From: Octopus bimaculoides
Lineage: Eukaryota
DNA length: 64,000 bases
Assembly (NCBI RefSeq): GCF_001194135.2
Contig: NC_068996.1
Span: 34,486,512 to 34,550,511 of the forward strand
Direction of reading: 5' to 3'
Part shown: positions 14,211 through 28,330 of the stretch, one piece after another
Layout: the number at the start of each line of letters is the position of its first letter
Position numbering within the stretch: position 1 is the first letter of the stretch
The notes under the pieces: model-generated
What the model saw: the letters and a program-made list of their open reading frames with translations, nothing else
The model's database searches: none
Told to the model about the DNA's origin: nothing
Position numbers and translations under genes: made by a program

Positions 14211-15225
14211 TGTTACGAACGCCCGCACGCGAAGCATCTCGATGAAGAGAAAACTCACGCGCGTGCGAACGTCGACGCTCAGTGAGTCGGGATGTTCGCC
14301 ACGACTAAGCCCAGCCGGAGCACGTAATGAAGACAACAGGCAAAAGGAGGAAGAAATAACACGGAGTTAGTGTAATAACACAAAGTTAGTGGAACTAACT
14401 TTTTTCTTTTTACATCAAACAATACATCATCAATACAAAACATTGCGTAACAATTCAATAGCGTTTAACAAAGGTTTCAGAACATTGCATAATCAAAATT
14501 TACAATCAAGAGTTCATATATCAAGTCGAATTAAAAGTTCTTTCATTTCGTTGTTTTTCTTTTCCATTAACAACATGTCCCATCAAAGTTCTTTTCTTTT
14601 CTTTTCCACCAGTTAACAAAATCTCTTTTTCTTTTAAAACATGTAACGATGAAGTACATTTTAAAGAATATTTAAACAAACCTCCACCGCACGAATTTCC
14701 TTTCTTGCAAAACTCCTACTACAATCCAAGAAGTGACCAACTGACTACTACAATCTCTTGCCGGCCGCAACAGTTCCATCTCTCTGATTGCTTCAGTCCC
14801 TATCTGCTGACTATAGGCTCTCTCTCTCTCAGCCTCTCTCTGTCAGACTTATCACTGTTCATCTTCACTAGCTCCACTGGTCTTCACATCAACTGCTGTA
14901 CATCTTCACTGGCTGATGTTCTTCATCCAACTCCCTGGCCAACCGCCTCGTGCCAACTCCTCAATACCAACTCCTTGATACCAACTGCTCCTACTGTATT
15001 TATCACAAATACCATAGCTCAACAGTGCTACCTTACCCCCTCCAAAGCTGGGTCAGTTCAGTACAATTCCTCACTTGTTTTTCTGAACTTTCGCTGACCG
15101 GAAAGGGTCAGTGATCACTCCTACGCTAAAAATAACTGTACTTGTTCACAGGACAAAGGAAATACTATTGTCCTCAACAACCAGAATACGGTTTCAAACC
15201 CAGCTTGGGAGATAGGGATATAACA
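14211..15225 (-). mobile_element. Probable solo LTR (about 1015 bp)
   Basis: TGTTA...TAACA inverted termini, CpG-rich and non-coding, TATA-like box on minus strand; no clean TSD. Confidence 0.5.
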
Positions 15226-16230
15226 TTAATTTGTTTTTTCGGTGGTCGCATCAATATTTTTTCTGACTAATTAATGATTAGGAATTAAATGTGTGTGTGT
15301 GTGTCTAAATCTGTCTGTCTGACTCTGCTTCAAAGACACCTAAGTTGCCAGGTAGTGGTGGTGTGAGGTGATGGTGTTAAAATTGGGAATGGATTAGGTC
15401 TACTAACCCAAGTAAGCTATGGCAGGAGATGGAACAAATACTGCAAGGCATCTGGTCCAACCTTCTTAAAAGTTCCCTCCATTCAACTGTTCTAGGCTTG
15501 TACTTTTTATTACCAACCCAAAATGGATGAAAGGTAAAGCTGGCTTTGGTGAGGTTTGAACTCACTGCACTGATATATACATTATAAATAAATATCTAGC
15601 CTATCACACACCATATTTTTTTGTAATAGAAATAATAATTACTAAAACATATTAATCTTTTCATAAACATCAGTTGTTGATATTTGAATTACTTTTTTTT
15701 TCAATTTGTGAAATACTACCCCCACCCACCCTATCCCATCTCCCTCCCTCACCATGTTGTTCTCTTACATTCATGTACATTCTCTTCTTAACTTTTCCTT
15801 TCCTTCTATTTTTTTTTTCACTTTGTTAGCCTCTCCCTCTCCATCACATTAAATTCTTGTTGCCCATCTTATCAGTTCTCTTTTATTTTCTTCCCACTGC
15901 TCCACCACATTTACTTTTCTCTTATTACAGCCTTCCTTCTCATCTCATCATACCTTTCACTTTTTTCATCATCTCCCCCAACGTGCGCGCACGCACACAC
16001 ACACACACACCTACTTCCTTTGCTCCTTACATTCTGCTCTTGTCTCTGCACTCTGCTACTCTTTGCTAATGATATAATAGTACATATTTCTTTCTACCAT
16101 CCCCTCTCAGTATATTCCATGAAACCATGTGCGGCTAGAGTATTTTTTTAAATGTTTATCTATCTATAATGTGTGTGTGTGTAGTAGAATATGAAATAGT
16201 AAGTCCTTGGTACAGTATTAGATATTTGAA

Positions 16231-16266
<36 letters not shown>

Positions 16267-16586
16267 GCGCACGCGCATATATAGTATAGTAGCTATACTA
16301 TCTGTCTATAATGTATATAAGCAGCATATTAACATACACGCACACACACACACACACATATATATGACACTTTCTATCTGTAATGTATGTATAACAGATT
16401 AGTGTCTACACTGTCTGCATGTACCATAGAAGTTGTATGGTATCTGTGTATGAAATAGTGTCCTAGAACATACTCTCAATATAGAAGTTTATGAGCTATA
16501 TTGTATATGTACAACATAGTACCTAAATTTATATTGTAGTTCCACTTACTATTCATAAGATTGTTCAAACAAATCATTAACAATCT

Positions 16587-18235
16587 GTTGTTGTTGTTGT
16601 TGTTGTTGGTGGTGGTGGTAGTTTTATTATCTTAACTTCTCCTGAGTAATCTATGTCACATCTCAGCTCTATCCCACAGCTTAGAGATGCAACACTTTTC
16701 TCAACAAATGAGCTGTTCCAAGTATTGCTGCCAACTGAATACTTCCTAAGTTTGGCATCTGTAGCTTTTGATGCCAGAACATTGCTTTCTTTGAGATGGC
16801 CCCAAGTGCACTGATCACAATAGATACCACACTTACTTTTGAGTCTCTATGGATGCATTTCACTTCCAATGCTAGGTCTTGGTACTTCTCGACTTCCTCA
16901 TTTTTTTGTCTTCACAATATTCTGATCTGCAGGTAAAGCTACGTTGATGAAGGTCCATTTTTTGGATTCCTTACGCAAGAGAGTGTTATCTGATCGGTTG
17001 TGTCGCNNNNNNNNNNNNNNNNNNNNNNNNNNNNNNNNNNNNNNNNNNNNNNNNNNNNNNNNNNNNNNNNNNNNNNNNNNNNNNNNNNNNNNNNNNNNNN
17101 NNNNNNNNNNNNNNNNNNNNNNNNNNNNNNNNNNNNNNNNNNNNNNNNNNNNNNNNNNNNNNNNNNNNNNNNNNNNNNNNNNNNNNNNNNNNNNNNNNNN
17201 NNNNNNNNNNNNNNNNNNNNNNNNNNNNNNNNNNNNNNNNNNNNNNNNNNNNNNNNNNNNNNNNNNNNNNNNNNNNNNNNNNNNNNNNNNNNNNNNNNNN
17301 NNNNNNNNNNNNNNNNNNNNNNNNNNNNNNNNNNNNNNNNNNNNNNNNNNNNNNNNNNNNNNNNNNNNNNNNNNNNNNNNNNNNNNNNNNNNNNNNNNNN
17401 NNNNNNNNNNNNNNNNATACTGCTGTCTTATCAATGCTATTCCTGATTGAGTTGGTTCATAAAACTTCTTCTTGAGCAGCAAGAATCAGTCCTTTTACCC
17501 CCTTCTTTAAAAAAAACCATGCCTTAATCGTCTCCAAAATTCTTCATCAGCTTCATCTGATGTTTGCTGAAAAAAAAAAAACTCACCGTGTAGGACTTTC
17601 TCTTTCCATTTGATGATCTTTTCTCTATTAATCCTGGAGGATCTCACCATCATCACTGATCACCTTCTCACTCAGTGCAGCCTGCAACATTCTTTCATCA
17701 CTATTCCTCAGATAGGCATGCAAAGACTTGGTCTCCTTCACAATACTTTCCTCTATTCCAACCAATCCTCTTCCAACTTCCTTTCTAGGTATGTAAAGTC
17801 TTGCTTTTAGTATGAAGGCACCCATGCATAGCCCTTACATATCTTCATATTTTTTCTATCCATGTTGACCAGTCCATTCCACAACTCTTGCACAGTAACA
17901 TACCACACCTACAGCCCAAGCATTGATATCTCCAATCAAGTTTCCTCCATTAAACTTGGGTCTACATAGCTTCAAAAGAAATCATTTCCTTCATCTTGGT
18001 GTTCACCATCTGGCCTAATTGTGAAGTTCCAAGGTACTTGTAATCCTCTCTGTTCACTTTTCTTATGCACTCATCATCTGGAAGTTTGAACTCCACTGCT
18101 GTTTACTTTTTGCTCTCTCACAGTTCAATAACAGTGCATTTCTCTACACTAGGTGCCATTTGAATATTATGAGAAAAATTCATGGCCTGAATAAGGGAGT
18201 CCTCTGCTAGCTCTGTAAAATTTCAAATCATCCAT
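16587..18235 (-). mobile_element. Dong/R4-like (RLE-type) LINE 3' fragment, degenerate
   Basis: RLYIPRKEVGRGLVGIEE and C-terminal VVSIVISALGAI...IQLAAILGTAHLLRKVL, with a trinucleotide tail; clade assigned from memory. Confidence 0.7.
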
Positions 18236-18492
18236 AAACAGCAGATGGTACACTGGTCTCGTGATTTTTGCAGTTTGTAACCAACTCCTGTTTTTCTCAG
18301 AATGATGGAGAATAGTAACATACTAACAATAAACAGCAGGGGTGGCAGAGTCTTCTTGAAAAATACTCCTTTTGATGCTGACTTGTCCAATTTCCCTTCC
18401 ACATGCTGTCAAAACTGTCTTCCAGTTTCTCATATTGTTTTTGAATAAATAAATAAATATCTTTAACTGACCCAGCCATTTCTAGGCATTTT

Positions 18493-18528
18493 ATAATAAT
18501 AATAATAATAATAATAATGATAATAATG

Positions 18529-18590
<62 letters not shown>
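18493..18590. repeat. (AAT)n microsatellite
   Basis: Seen directly. Confidence 0.98.
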
Positions 18591-18602
<12 letters not shown>

Positions 18603-18624
18603 CACAACAACCTCCACTGCATGC

Positions 18625-19706
18625 ATTGCATCATAGAGAAGGTAGGTAAGGAACCTGGCATGAGTGGGGCCCTGATTAATTTGGATCAGTCAAAAGCTTT
18701 TGATAGGGATGAGCATCAATACCTGGAGGTTGTCCTCATGGCAGCCAGCTTCAGTCACATTTTCAGAGGCTGGATTAGTGTAATATACAGTGGCTTCTAT
18801 TTGGTGGTTAAAGTGAATGGCCACCTATCAGAATCATTTAACATCACATGTTTAGTCTGTTAAGGATGCCCACTCTTACCCCTTCTGCATATGCTGACTC
18901 TTGATCCATGCTACAGAAGCTAGGTGTTTCAAGGGTCACTTTGTGTGAGCTTGGAATTAGAAGGTTTGTGTCAGCTTATGGAGATAACATAATAGTGTCC
19001 AATGTCTTGGAAATCAAGGTGATCGACACTACCCCAAGGGAGCACAAAGTGATGACAGGAGCAAAGATTAACCAGAAGTTAGTGGGCCTGCAGCTCAGTA
19101 CCTGGAGAGGCAGCTACATGCTGAATGAAAGTATCATGAGGTGCTGGACAGGAGGGCAGTAAATTGCTCTGGTTTGGTCCAGACCTCCAGGTGGACAAAA
19201 ACTGAGGGAAGGTAATGAGCATGGTGGCCAGTCTCATCCAGAAATGGACAGAGAGTAACCTGTCCCTAAAGGGCCAGTCAGAGGTGGTGAATGCATGCAT
19301 ACATTGCATCCATCATCTACTACCACCTGTCCATCATCCCTTGTGTTGTTTTGGTACTGGTTTAGTTGGAGCACTTGCTCTTCCCCTTTTTGTGGAAGGG
19401 ACATGTTCCACTTGTCAGATGGTCCACCTGCTGTCAGCAGGTACTGAGTGGAGGACTGGGCATGCTGTGGCTAATGTGCAGACATGTACTAAGGCTGTGA
19501 CATCTCTAGTGTTTCCTTTAGAGTGAGCTGATGTTGTCACTATTTGTGAGGCAGGATTTTTTACAGCTCATTTTATTGATGGAGCTTCAATCCTGGATCA
19601 AGCATAGACTGAAAAAAAGCACTTGAAGTGGCAGCAAGCGCTCACAACTCACTGTCTGTTGAGCATTGTGGTTGGTGGAAGTTCTGCATTGGAGTTTTAT
19701 AGGGGA
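18625..19706 (+). mobile_element. L1/Tx1-like LINE reverse transcriptase remnant
   Basis: ALINLDQSKAFDRDEHQYL...VKVNGHLSESF...GCP and SAYGDNI (YADD-like), with stops and frameshifts. Confidence 0.75.
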
Positions 19707-21652
19707 CTGGCAGTATAACCCGACCTTGTCTGGGTGTGACTTATTATGCCATCTACGATAAGTCTTGCTAGCTGAAAATCAACTAAAAAAGAAAGCCTTA
19801 CAACGAAAAAACCCTTATGATGTAAATATGTTCATAATTCAAAAGACAATGAAATTAATAGGGAAAGTCTGAAGGCTGTTTTGCGTAAAATTATTAAGCA
19901 TACGTAAATTTCATCCGTGTAATTGGCTATAGAAATGCTTGTGCAAAACAACTTTTTGCGCTGCCCTGATTATACATAGCAGAGTAATCCCTTTTCACAG
20001 GAGCTAGGTTGGCAATTTGTGATGAAGCAATTGCTGGCGATCTGTNNNNNNNNNNNNNNNNNNNNNNNNNNNNNNNNNNNNNNNNNNNNNNNNNNNNNNN
20101 NNNNNNNNNNNNNNNNNNNNNNNNNNNNNNNNNNNNNNNNNNNNNNNNNNNNNNNNNNNNNNNNNNNNNNNNNNNNNNNNNNNNNNNNNNNNNNNNNNNN
20201 NNNNNNNNNNNNNNNNNNNNNNNNNNNNNNNNNNNNNNNNNNNNNNNNNNNNNNNNNNNNNNNNNNNNNNNNNNNNNNNNNNNNNNNNNNNNNNNNNNNN
20301 NNNNNNNNNNNNNNNNNNNNNNNNNNNNNNNNNNNNNNNNNNNNNNNNNNNNNNNNNNNNNNNNNNNNNNNNNNNNNNNNNNNNNNNNNNNNNNNNNNNN
20401 NNNNNNNNNNNNNNNNNNNNNNNNNNNNNNNNNNNNNNNNNNNNNNNNNNNNNNNNNNNNNNNNNNNNNNNNNNNNNNNNNNNNNNNNNNNNNNNNNNNN
20501 NNNNNNNNNNNNNNNNNNNNNNNNNNNNNNNNNNNNNNNNNNNNNNNNNNNNNNNNNNNNNNNNNNNNNNNNNNNNNNNNNNNNNNNNNNNNNNNNNNNN
20601 NNNNNNNNNNNNNNNNNNNNNNNNNNNNNNNNNNNNNNNNNNNNNNNNNNNNNNNNNNNNNNNNNNNNNNNNNNNNNNNNNNNNNNNNNNNNNNNNNNNN
20701 NNNNNNNNNNNNNNNNNNNNNNNNNNNNNNNNNNNNNNNNNNNNNNNNNNNNNNNNNNNNNNNNNNNNNNNNNNNNNNNNNNNNNNNNNNNNNNNNNNNN
20801 NNNNNNNNNNNNNNNNNNNNNNNNNNNNNNNNNNNNNNNNNNNNNNNNNNNNNTTGAAATGTACATACATCAAGGTACATTTGTACAAAATTTCATGAAA
20901 AAATATTCATTTTCCTGGAAGTTAAGAGGAATTTAAGTGGAATTTCCGAATATTGTACCCCACCCACTTCCAAAACACTTTCACCGAAAATGTTTGTATA
21001 TTTGAAATCTACATAATAAATAATATATGCATAGAGAATTTCATAAAAAAATATTCATTTTAATGAAAGTTATGACCTTCCAAAGTTGGGGGATACAACT
21101 CTGTAGTTATGCCATCAATGTTTTGTAAATATACCACGATGTGAATGATTGTGTTTACTTGCACGTGTATACGTTTGAGAGAGCGAGAGAGGAAGAGGGG
21201 GAGAAATGAATAGAGATTGAGAGCAATGTGTATGTTGTTGTCACAGGTCATGTATGTGTGGTTGTGTGTGTTTTTACGTATCTATGTTATGAAAAATAGG
21301 TAAAGAATACTGAGACGAAAGTTTAATCTATGACGTTGTATGTATCACTTTCTCTCCCTCTCCCTCCCCCTCTTTAACTCTTACTCTATATTTTTATGTT
21401 GAGCGCGTGTGTAAGAATGGCGTTCCAGGTAGAAGGGATGAAATATAAAAGTTGCTAGAAACAACAGCCAAATCTCCCTTAAATCACACAAAGTAAACGG
21501 AATTTTAAAAATCTAATTACTGCACTGGAAAGTTCAGATCGAGAAAATTCCATTGATGTAAAATTTTTTACGAAAAAGTGGAAAATGTGGATTTCTATAA
21601 ACATTCAAAAAGGCTTCACACAGACACACAACTTCAGATTTATATATTAAGA
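19707..21652 (-). mobile_element. Non-autonomous Helitron (contains gap), inserted in an L1/Tx1 remnant
   Basis: Minus-strand 5' end is A|TCTTAATATATAAA. The 3' end has a CCCA/G...CGGG hairpin followed by CCAG|T, consistent with an A|T target and no TSD. Confidence 0.7.
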
Positions 21653-22370
21653 TTAGTGACAGGTAAGAACAATGTATCCTCAGGGAAACTGGGTGTCAAG
21701 GGAGATTAGCCAGCTGATCTTTCCCAGAGACTTTTGGGCTGGGGTCTATGAATAATTTCTAGAAATCTCTGGCCTGCCAGTACTACTGGTGGGGTCTGCT
21801 AATTCAAGACAGGCTATACAGGCATGGAAGTGCTGTCAGAGGAACCCATCTGAGATGCGTGTAAGGTAATGAAACCATTCTGCATCCATTCAACTAGTGT
21901 CCAGGCACTGTTGGCTTGTGGACTTTTGTTGTGTGTTGGACAGATCTGGTTATCAACCAAGTCTACCATGAGGATTACCTTGCCGACTTCCTTTGGCTGG
22001 GAAAGCTGGCAGCCTTCCTCTGTCTAGAGGCTATGGCAAAAGAGGTAGAGTAGTGGATGAGGTTGAAAGGACTGAAGGTAGATACTTTTCTCTTTAGCTA
22101 AGCCCTCATCAACTTTCTCAAGTTTTACTTGAAAAGGAAAGTGATGGAGGGATAAGCACTGCCCCCAGAATTTTTATTGAAATGTGAGTGAATGTGGTAA
22201 AGATGGCTCATGTGAATGGGCCTACTCTGAACATACATCTGTAGGATGGAGGGGACAAGGAGGAGAGAAGCGCCTGTTTGGGGTGGCCTTGGTGATTGAG
22301 GTGACCAGGATGTGTGAGGTTTTTTGGTTGGCCCTAGATGCCCCCATTCATTTGGGGAACATTATTGTTT
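21653..22370 (+). mobile_element. Probable continuation (3' part) of the L1/Tx1 remnant after the Helitron insertion
   Basis: GC-richer degenerate coding-like sequence resumes exactly at the Helitron 5' junction. Confidence 0.4.
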
Positions 22371-22719
22371 AAATTTTGTTGTTAAATGTTCTTGTTTTAT
22401 TGTATGCATATTTTTGTGTGCTAAGCCCCACTTGTCCCTTGTTTTGTGTTTGGCACTTATGACCAATAAAAAAAGGTAGTTGTTGTTGTTGTTATAATAA
22501 AGGTTGGTTTATAGGTAGAATTGTTGGTAGAATTGTTAACATGCTGGGCAAAATGCTTAGCAGCATTTTATCTGTCTTTATGTTCTGAGTTCAAATTTTG
22601 TCGAAGTTGACTTTGCTTTTTATCTTTCTGATGAAATAAGAACATTGAGGTCAGTGTAATCAGCTTACCCCATCCCACAGAATGGCTGCCCTTGTATCAA
22701 AATTTGAAACTACTGTTGT

Positions 22720-22751
<32 letters not shown>

Positions 22752-23639
22752 GCAGGCAGGCAGGCAGAATTGTTAGCATGCCAAGCAAAATGCTTAGCAG
22801 TATTTTGTCTGTCTACATGTTCTGAGTTAATTCTACTGAGGTTGACTTTACCTTTCATCCTTTCGGGGTTGATAAAATGTGTACCAGTTGAACACTGGGA
22901 TCGATGTAATCGACTAGTCCCTTCCCCCAAAATTTCAGGCCTCGTGCCTATAGTAGATAGGATTATTATTATTATTATTGGATCACATTATGGAGTAATT
23001 TCTGTTGTGTTATTATTAACTGAGACTGAACTGATATGCTAATAATGATAACCAATACAACAGAGCTTAGCAACAGCAGTGAAGTTAGGAGAAACATAAA
23101 TGGCAGATTCTTTTGAATATTATTGATCATGTTGATATTTCTGTAGCAGAATGTGCCAAGAGGAGAGGAATAGTATTAAACAAAGATGTAAAAGGCTAAC
23201 TACTAATAGTCATGTGAATAAACTAAAAATTAGTGCCATCCAAATCATGGCATCTTTGCTCCACCCATTTTTAAGACTGATTAACACATGTGATTGGGAA
23301 TGATGTTTTCCTCATAATTGCAGTTGTTAGAAGAAAAAACAAAATAATAATAATAATAATACAAACAAACAAAACAAATAATCAGTTTTTACTAAGAAAG
23401 TCTAGATTTAAAGTTTTGATCTGTAAATGTTTGTTGGTGTTATGGAATTATATTAATTATGGTGTAAAACTACATTGTCATCATCATCATTTAACATCTG
23501 CTTCCCATGCTGGCATGGGTTTAAATGGTTTGACATGGAGCTGGATAGTAGGGAACCATCCAGACTCCAACTGTCTGTTGTGACATGGTTTCTACGGCTG
23601 GATGCCCTTCCTAACACCAACCACCACCATCATAATCAT

Positions 23640-23880
23640 CATCATCATCGTTTAACGTCCACTTTCCATGCTAGCATGGGTTGGGCGATTTGACTGAGGA
23701 CCGGTGGACCAGATGGCTGCACCAGGCTCCAATCTGATTTGGCAGAGTTTCTACAGCTGGATGCCCTTCCTAACGCCAACCACTCAGAGAGTGTAGTGGG
23801 TGCTTTTACGTGCCACCGGCACGAAGGCCAGTCAGGTGGTACTGGCAACGGCCACTCTCAAAATGGTGTATTTTATAATA
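23640..23880 (-). mobile_element. Young SINE copy, (GAT)n-tail family
   Basis: CATCATCGTTTAACGTCC...GGATGCCCTTCCTAACGCCAACCACTC matches the other copies. Confidence 0.85.
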
Positions 23881-24705
23881 GAATATGCTGGGTGCTTTTT
23901 ACGTGCCACCAGCACTGGCTTGGGTGCTTTTTATGTGGCACCAGCACCTGAAGGGACAAGCCTGTATGTGTAGAAGACAACAATTTTATTTAGCTTGACA
24001 TGTCTTACCAAGTACAACAATTCGCCACACCACCTGGTCCCTTGTCACTTCTTCTGTAAGACCCAGCATCTGAAGATTCTTTCTCACCACTTTGTCCATA
24101 TCAGTATTGTTGTTGTTTAGTTCTTGGTCTGTCCTGATCCAGCAGACCAATGATCAAAGATGTTCCTGCTATGATCATCCTGTCTTTTATTCAGACATAG
24201 TGTACCTAGGAGACATTATCTAGTGGTTAGTATTAATGGTTATAGTTGTTTAATCCCAGGTCAGTGTTGATTCAGACAGGCTTATGATCAAATATGTTCT
24301 AGCTATGACCATGTCATCTTTTATTCAGACATAACGTATCTAGTATTACATTATCTAATAAATCCTTCCTTCTATAAGTTAGTAGGATGTGATTTGGGTG
24401 GGGTTTTGGCTATTTCTAGCAGGTCTGATGACCATCTAGCCTTCCTTGTGGATTGGCTTATTTAGTTGTTGTTTAAGCCTATGATCTATCCCAACTGAGC
24501 ATGCCTATAAACGTAGGTATTCCATCCATGACCTCTCTGGCAGTAATCATTGCTGTGTGGTAAAGTGCTTGCTTCCCAATCACATAGTTCCAGATTCAGT
24601 CCCTCTGTGTGACACCTTGGGCAAGTGTCTTCTACTATAACCTTGGGCCGACCGAAGCCTTGTGAGTGGATTTGGTAAATAGAAATTGAAAGAAGCCCAT
24701 ATATA

Positions 24706-25105
24706 TTAGGCCATCCAGTAAATAATGCAGTTTTTTTAATTGCATGAACTAAAAGTCAGAGGGGTACAGGATAAACTACCTGCATCAACTTACTATAAAA
24801 GCAGGTAGTAATTTTATCTTGTCTTTATTCTTAATGCAAGTTTTGAAGAGTGCAGTTCAAGTTCAACAGTTATTTTTTCAAAGCTGTAATGGAAGTGACA
24901 AAGGAACATATTCAGCCTATTTTGCTTTATGCATTCAATAAAGGCAATGATGCAATGGAAAGTGCAAGGAATATTGATGCAGTATAAGCATATGCCAGTG
25001 TCAATGGTGGTTCCAGAAATTCCAAGCTGGAAACTACATCCTGGAAGACAATCCTCATCCCGGAAGATCTGTAGAGCTCAATGAGGACGTCTGGCAAACT
25101 TTTAT
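24706..25105 (+). mobile_element. Mariner transposon 5' remnant (pseudogenised transposase HTH)
   Basis: TA|TTAGGCCATCCAGTAAATAATGCAG is a mariner-like TIR. The ATG at 24889 gives MEVTKEHIQPILLYAFNKG...*, then after a frameshift CQWWFQKFQAGNYILEDNPHPGRSVELNED. Confidence 0.8.
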
Positions 25106-27774
25106 TTTTATTCTTCTTCAAATGTCACAAATATTTATTCTATAAAAATACAAGGAAAGTGTTTTATATTTGTTTTTTTATTTCTTTATTTATTAATTGA
25201 CATATAGATAACTAAGTTGGTGAAGCATCAGACTAGATGTTTAGTTTTGTGCCTCTTAGGTTTTGATTTCAAATTCATTTGACTTTTTGACTTCAACTTT
25301 TGTTCCTCCAAGAGTTGAAATATGTACCAGTAATACATAAGAGGTATTCAACCTATGTTCAGTGATAAGAAATACTTAAAACTATGACACTGTTTCTGTC
25401 TCAAATGTTGGTTTCAATATATTGTTTGAAATACTAGCAAATATCTGAGAACTAAAAATTCGTTACTTGCAACAGTAGCAGTAATTAGTTCAAAATAACA
25501 ATCTGTATATCATACTTAAAGTAGACACACCATTGAAAGCCTAATTGTGGTATTTTCTTGAGATAATATGCCTTATAAATGTACAATGTTAAATAAAACA
25601 AAGATATATCAGTAGCAGACAAAAATCATTCAGCAGCAGCAGTGGTGACATTGCTAAATGCGGATTTCCGCCCCTTTGGACTTCTTCAGTAGAAGACAAT
25701 GACATGTAGAAGACACTGACAATGACATGCTAAGACAAAATTTGCCATTAGGAGTTTCACTGCAATTGACTATACTGGTCATCTCTTCACTGCCTTACTG
25801 TATCTACCTTTCTGTGGTTTACTTTCTAAACATGTCTTACATATATTTGTTGCTGTACTATATATTATTCAGCACCTTTTGCTTGTTTTCTGATGACATT
25901 GTAGGAGGTTTATGTCATAACTGACTACACTAAATGTAATGATAACATTTTACAAACATCATTGAGCCATTAGTGGGATACAGCTAACATAATTAAATGC
26001 TTGTAATGTGTGTGTAAGACAAGGAATAATAATAGTAATAATAATAATTTTATTAGCCACACAGATGAGTGGGGGATGTCTCAAGTATGGTCAACAGTTT
26101 GTTGGATATTTACATAAAAGATGAGGAGAAGAAAATGGCAGAGATGTTGAAATGTGACAAAAGTAGAAACATAACTTGGGCTAAGCTAACTAAGGAATTC
26201 CACAGATCCAGTATTATCCCGACTACCAAAGGCATGAACCTTCGCCCAAGTGTTGTTCTCTCTGCTTAGAGCGTGGCCATTCACCCTGACCATTTTTTTC
26301 TACAGTCACTGTTTTTCTACATAAATTCACTAGGAAATAACATTTCCCACTCCACTCTCACTTTCCTTTCCAAATGGAACTTAAAAAGTTGAAGAGGGCT
26401 TGACTGAAGAGGACAGTGTTTTTCTTCAATCCTTTCAGCCTTGTTCACAACACAATCTCTTTCTTCATAGCCCCTGCCACCATCACCTCATATGGATATG
26501 TCCCCTCTTTTAAATCAAAATAGGTTAATGGGCTAAGGAATTTCAGTTTGGATTTGAAGAAACAAAATACGACTACATGAAGGAAAACAAGTTAGATATA
26601 ATCTAGATAAATACAGATATAACAAATACCATACAACACGAATTCTTGCCTTATTGAAATTATCTTTGTCTCTAGAGGATGTATCTTAATTATCAAATGG
26701 CAATTAAGACCAGCTTCACATGAGATGGATCTCCTCTTCTCAAAAGTAGCTGATTTTAATTGCTATTGGTAATTATGATAAATCCAGTAGAGGCAAATAT
26801 AATTTTAACAAAGCAAGAATTTATGTTGTATAGTTTTTGAAATGACTATGTTTGTGTATGTTATTCAAATACATATCACTGGACTCTCTGAGTTATTTCT
26901 CTTAGCTCATTTTTGTTTATATGTAATCTACGTTGGCACCAATTTACACCTGTTTATTTAGAAGTAAAATTTGACATAGAGAATTGGTGTGTATTCTAAA
27001 GGGTACAATCTGCAAAGTATTGATGACTTTTGTGGTTGTAAAAGGATACTAAGGTAACACAGGAGGAAACAAGAAAATCAATGTTTATGTTTCTGTATGA
27101 CAAGGATGAAAGTGATAAAGTATTTTATATCACAAAGCTAGTGTATTTGTATAGAGCTGGAGACAATAGTACAATTGTTTCAGTAGAGAAGAAGTATAGG
27201 TGTGTTATTTGAGGTGCTGTTGATTGAATGAATAGGATAACAAGAACAAAGGGCAGCTCTAGAATAGGAAGGCTTTGGTTCCATAGCACTGACTGATACT
27301 CCCACTTTCCCCTATTCACTGTAACACTCCCTCTTATGGTATTGGATCTATCTGTTTCCAAGCCTCCTCACCATCATCTGTATTACTCAATCTTAAGGCC
27401 TTTGTGTTAGAAGTTCTTTTGGGTCTGTTTCTACTCAAACACTCTTTTTCATTACTCAGTTTTACCAACTATCCATTATTTGCACTGTCCTTCTTCTATT
27501 GCTCTTTCTCCCCCCCCNNNNNNNNNNCCCCCCCCCCATCATACTTTAACTCTCCTCTCCCATTCATTCTAGTTTTTCTTCTATCATCAATCTCTCTACT
27601 TTTCATCTTCTAGAGCTATGCTTTGAACAAATGAATACCTCATAGAATAAAGAGAACTGTTTAATGCTACTGGGTACAAAGCGACCTCACTAGAATTGGT
27701 GCCATGATAAAATGCACCCTGTACACTCTTTAAAGTGGTTTGAAAATGAACAGAGATAACCCCTCTTGGGCTGG

Positions 27775-27950
27775 TTGCTTGCTTCTTCTTGCTTGCTTCT
27801 TCTTGCTTGCTTCATCTTGCTTGCTTCTTCTTGCTTGCTTCTTCTTGCTTGCTTCTTCTTGCTTGCTTCTTCTTGCTTGCTTCTTCTTGCTTGCTTCTTC
27901 TTGCTTGCTTCTTCTTGCTTGCTTCTTCTTGCTTGCTTCATCGTCTTGCT
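27775..27950. repeat. 14-bp tandem repeat (GCTTGCTTCTTCTT)n, about 12 copies
   Basis: Seen directly. Confidence 0.95.
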
Positions 27951-27959
27951 TGATGAGGT

Positions 27960-28330
27960 TGGGCGGGGGTCATACTAGGTTAGTGGTCCGAGATGTGACA
28001 TCATATATAGAGCTGGCCAGGTCCACCAGTGCTCTCCATTGCTGTAAGTCATGTGCCAGTCCATCTGCATCTTGCCAGTTCCTCTGCATCCTGCCAGCCC
28101 CTCTGCATCCTCCTGGGTCTGGCCTTGTCATGGCAAAGGAGCTTGTGTGTTCCATAGATCCAAGAGAGCATTATCATCTGGAGCTTTACTCTTGGTAGGG
28201 CTACCCTAGGTTGGCCTGTCTTTCCACGGAGGTTCTAGACTAACGGTGACCCATGGTATGTCAGCTCATTGCCAAGATGGCAGCCCCATCACCGACTATT
28301 CTATGGAGGACCAGCAACCTGCTTAGAAGA
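27960..28330 (-). mobile_element. RTE-like LINE C-terminal remnant
   Basis: RNWQDADGLAHDLQQWRALVDL resembles RTE C-termini. Confidence 0.4.

Noticed and set aside
27775-27950. Regular short repeats as a CRISPR array
   Set aside because: No unique spacers, eukaryotic context, no cas genes
27690-28198. ORFs with repeated KKQARRSKQEEAS / LLLACFF peptides
   Set aside because: Translations of the 14-bp tandem repeat; no splice or homology support
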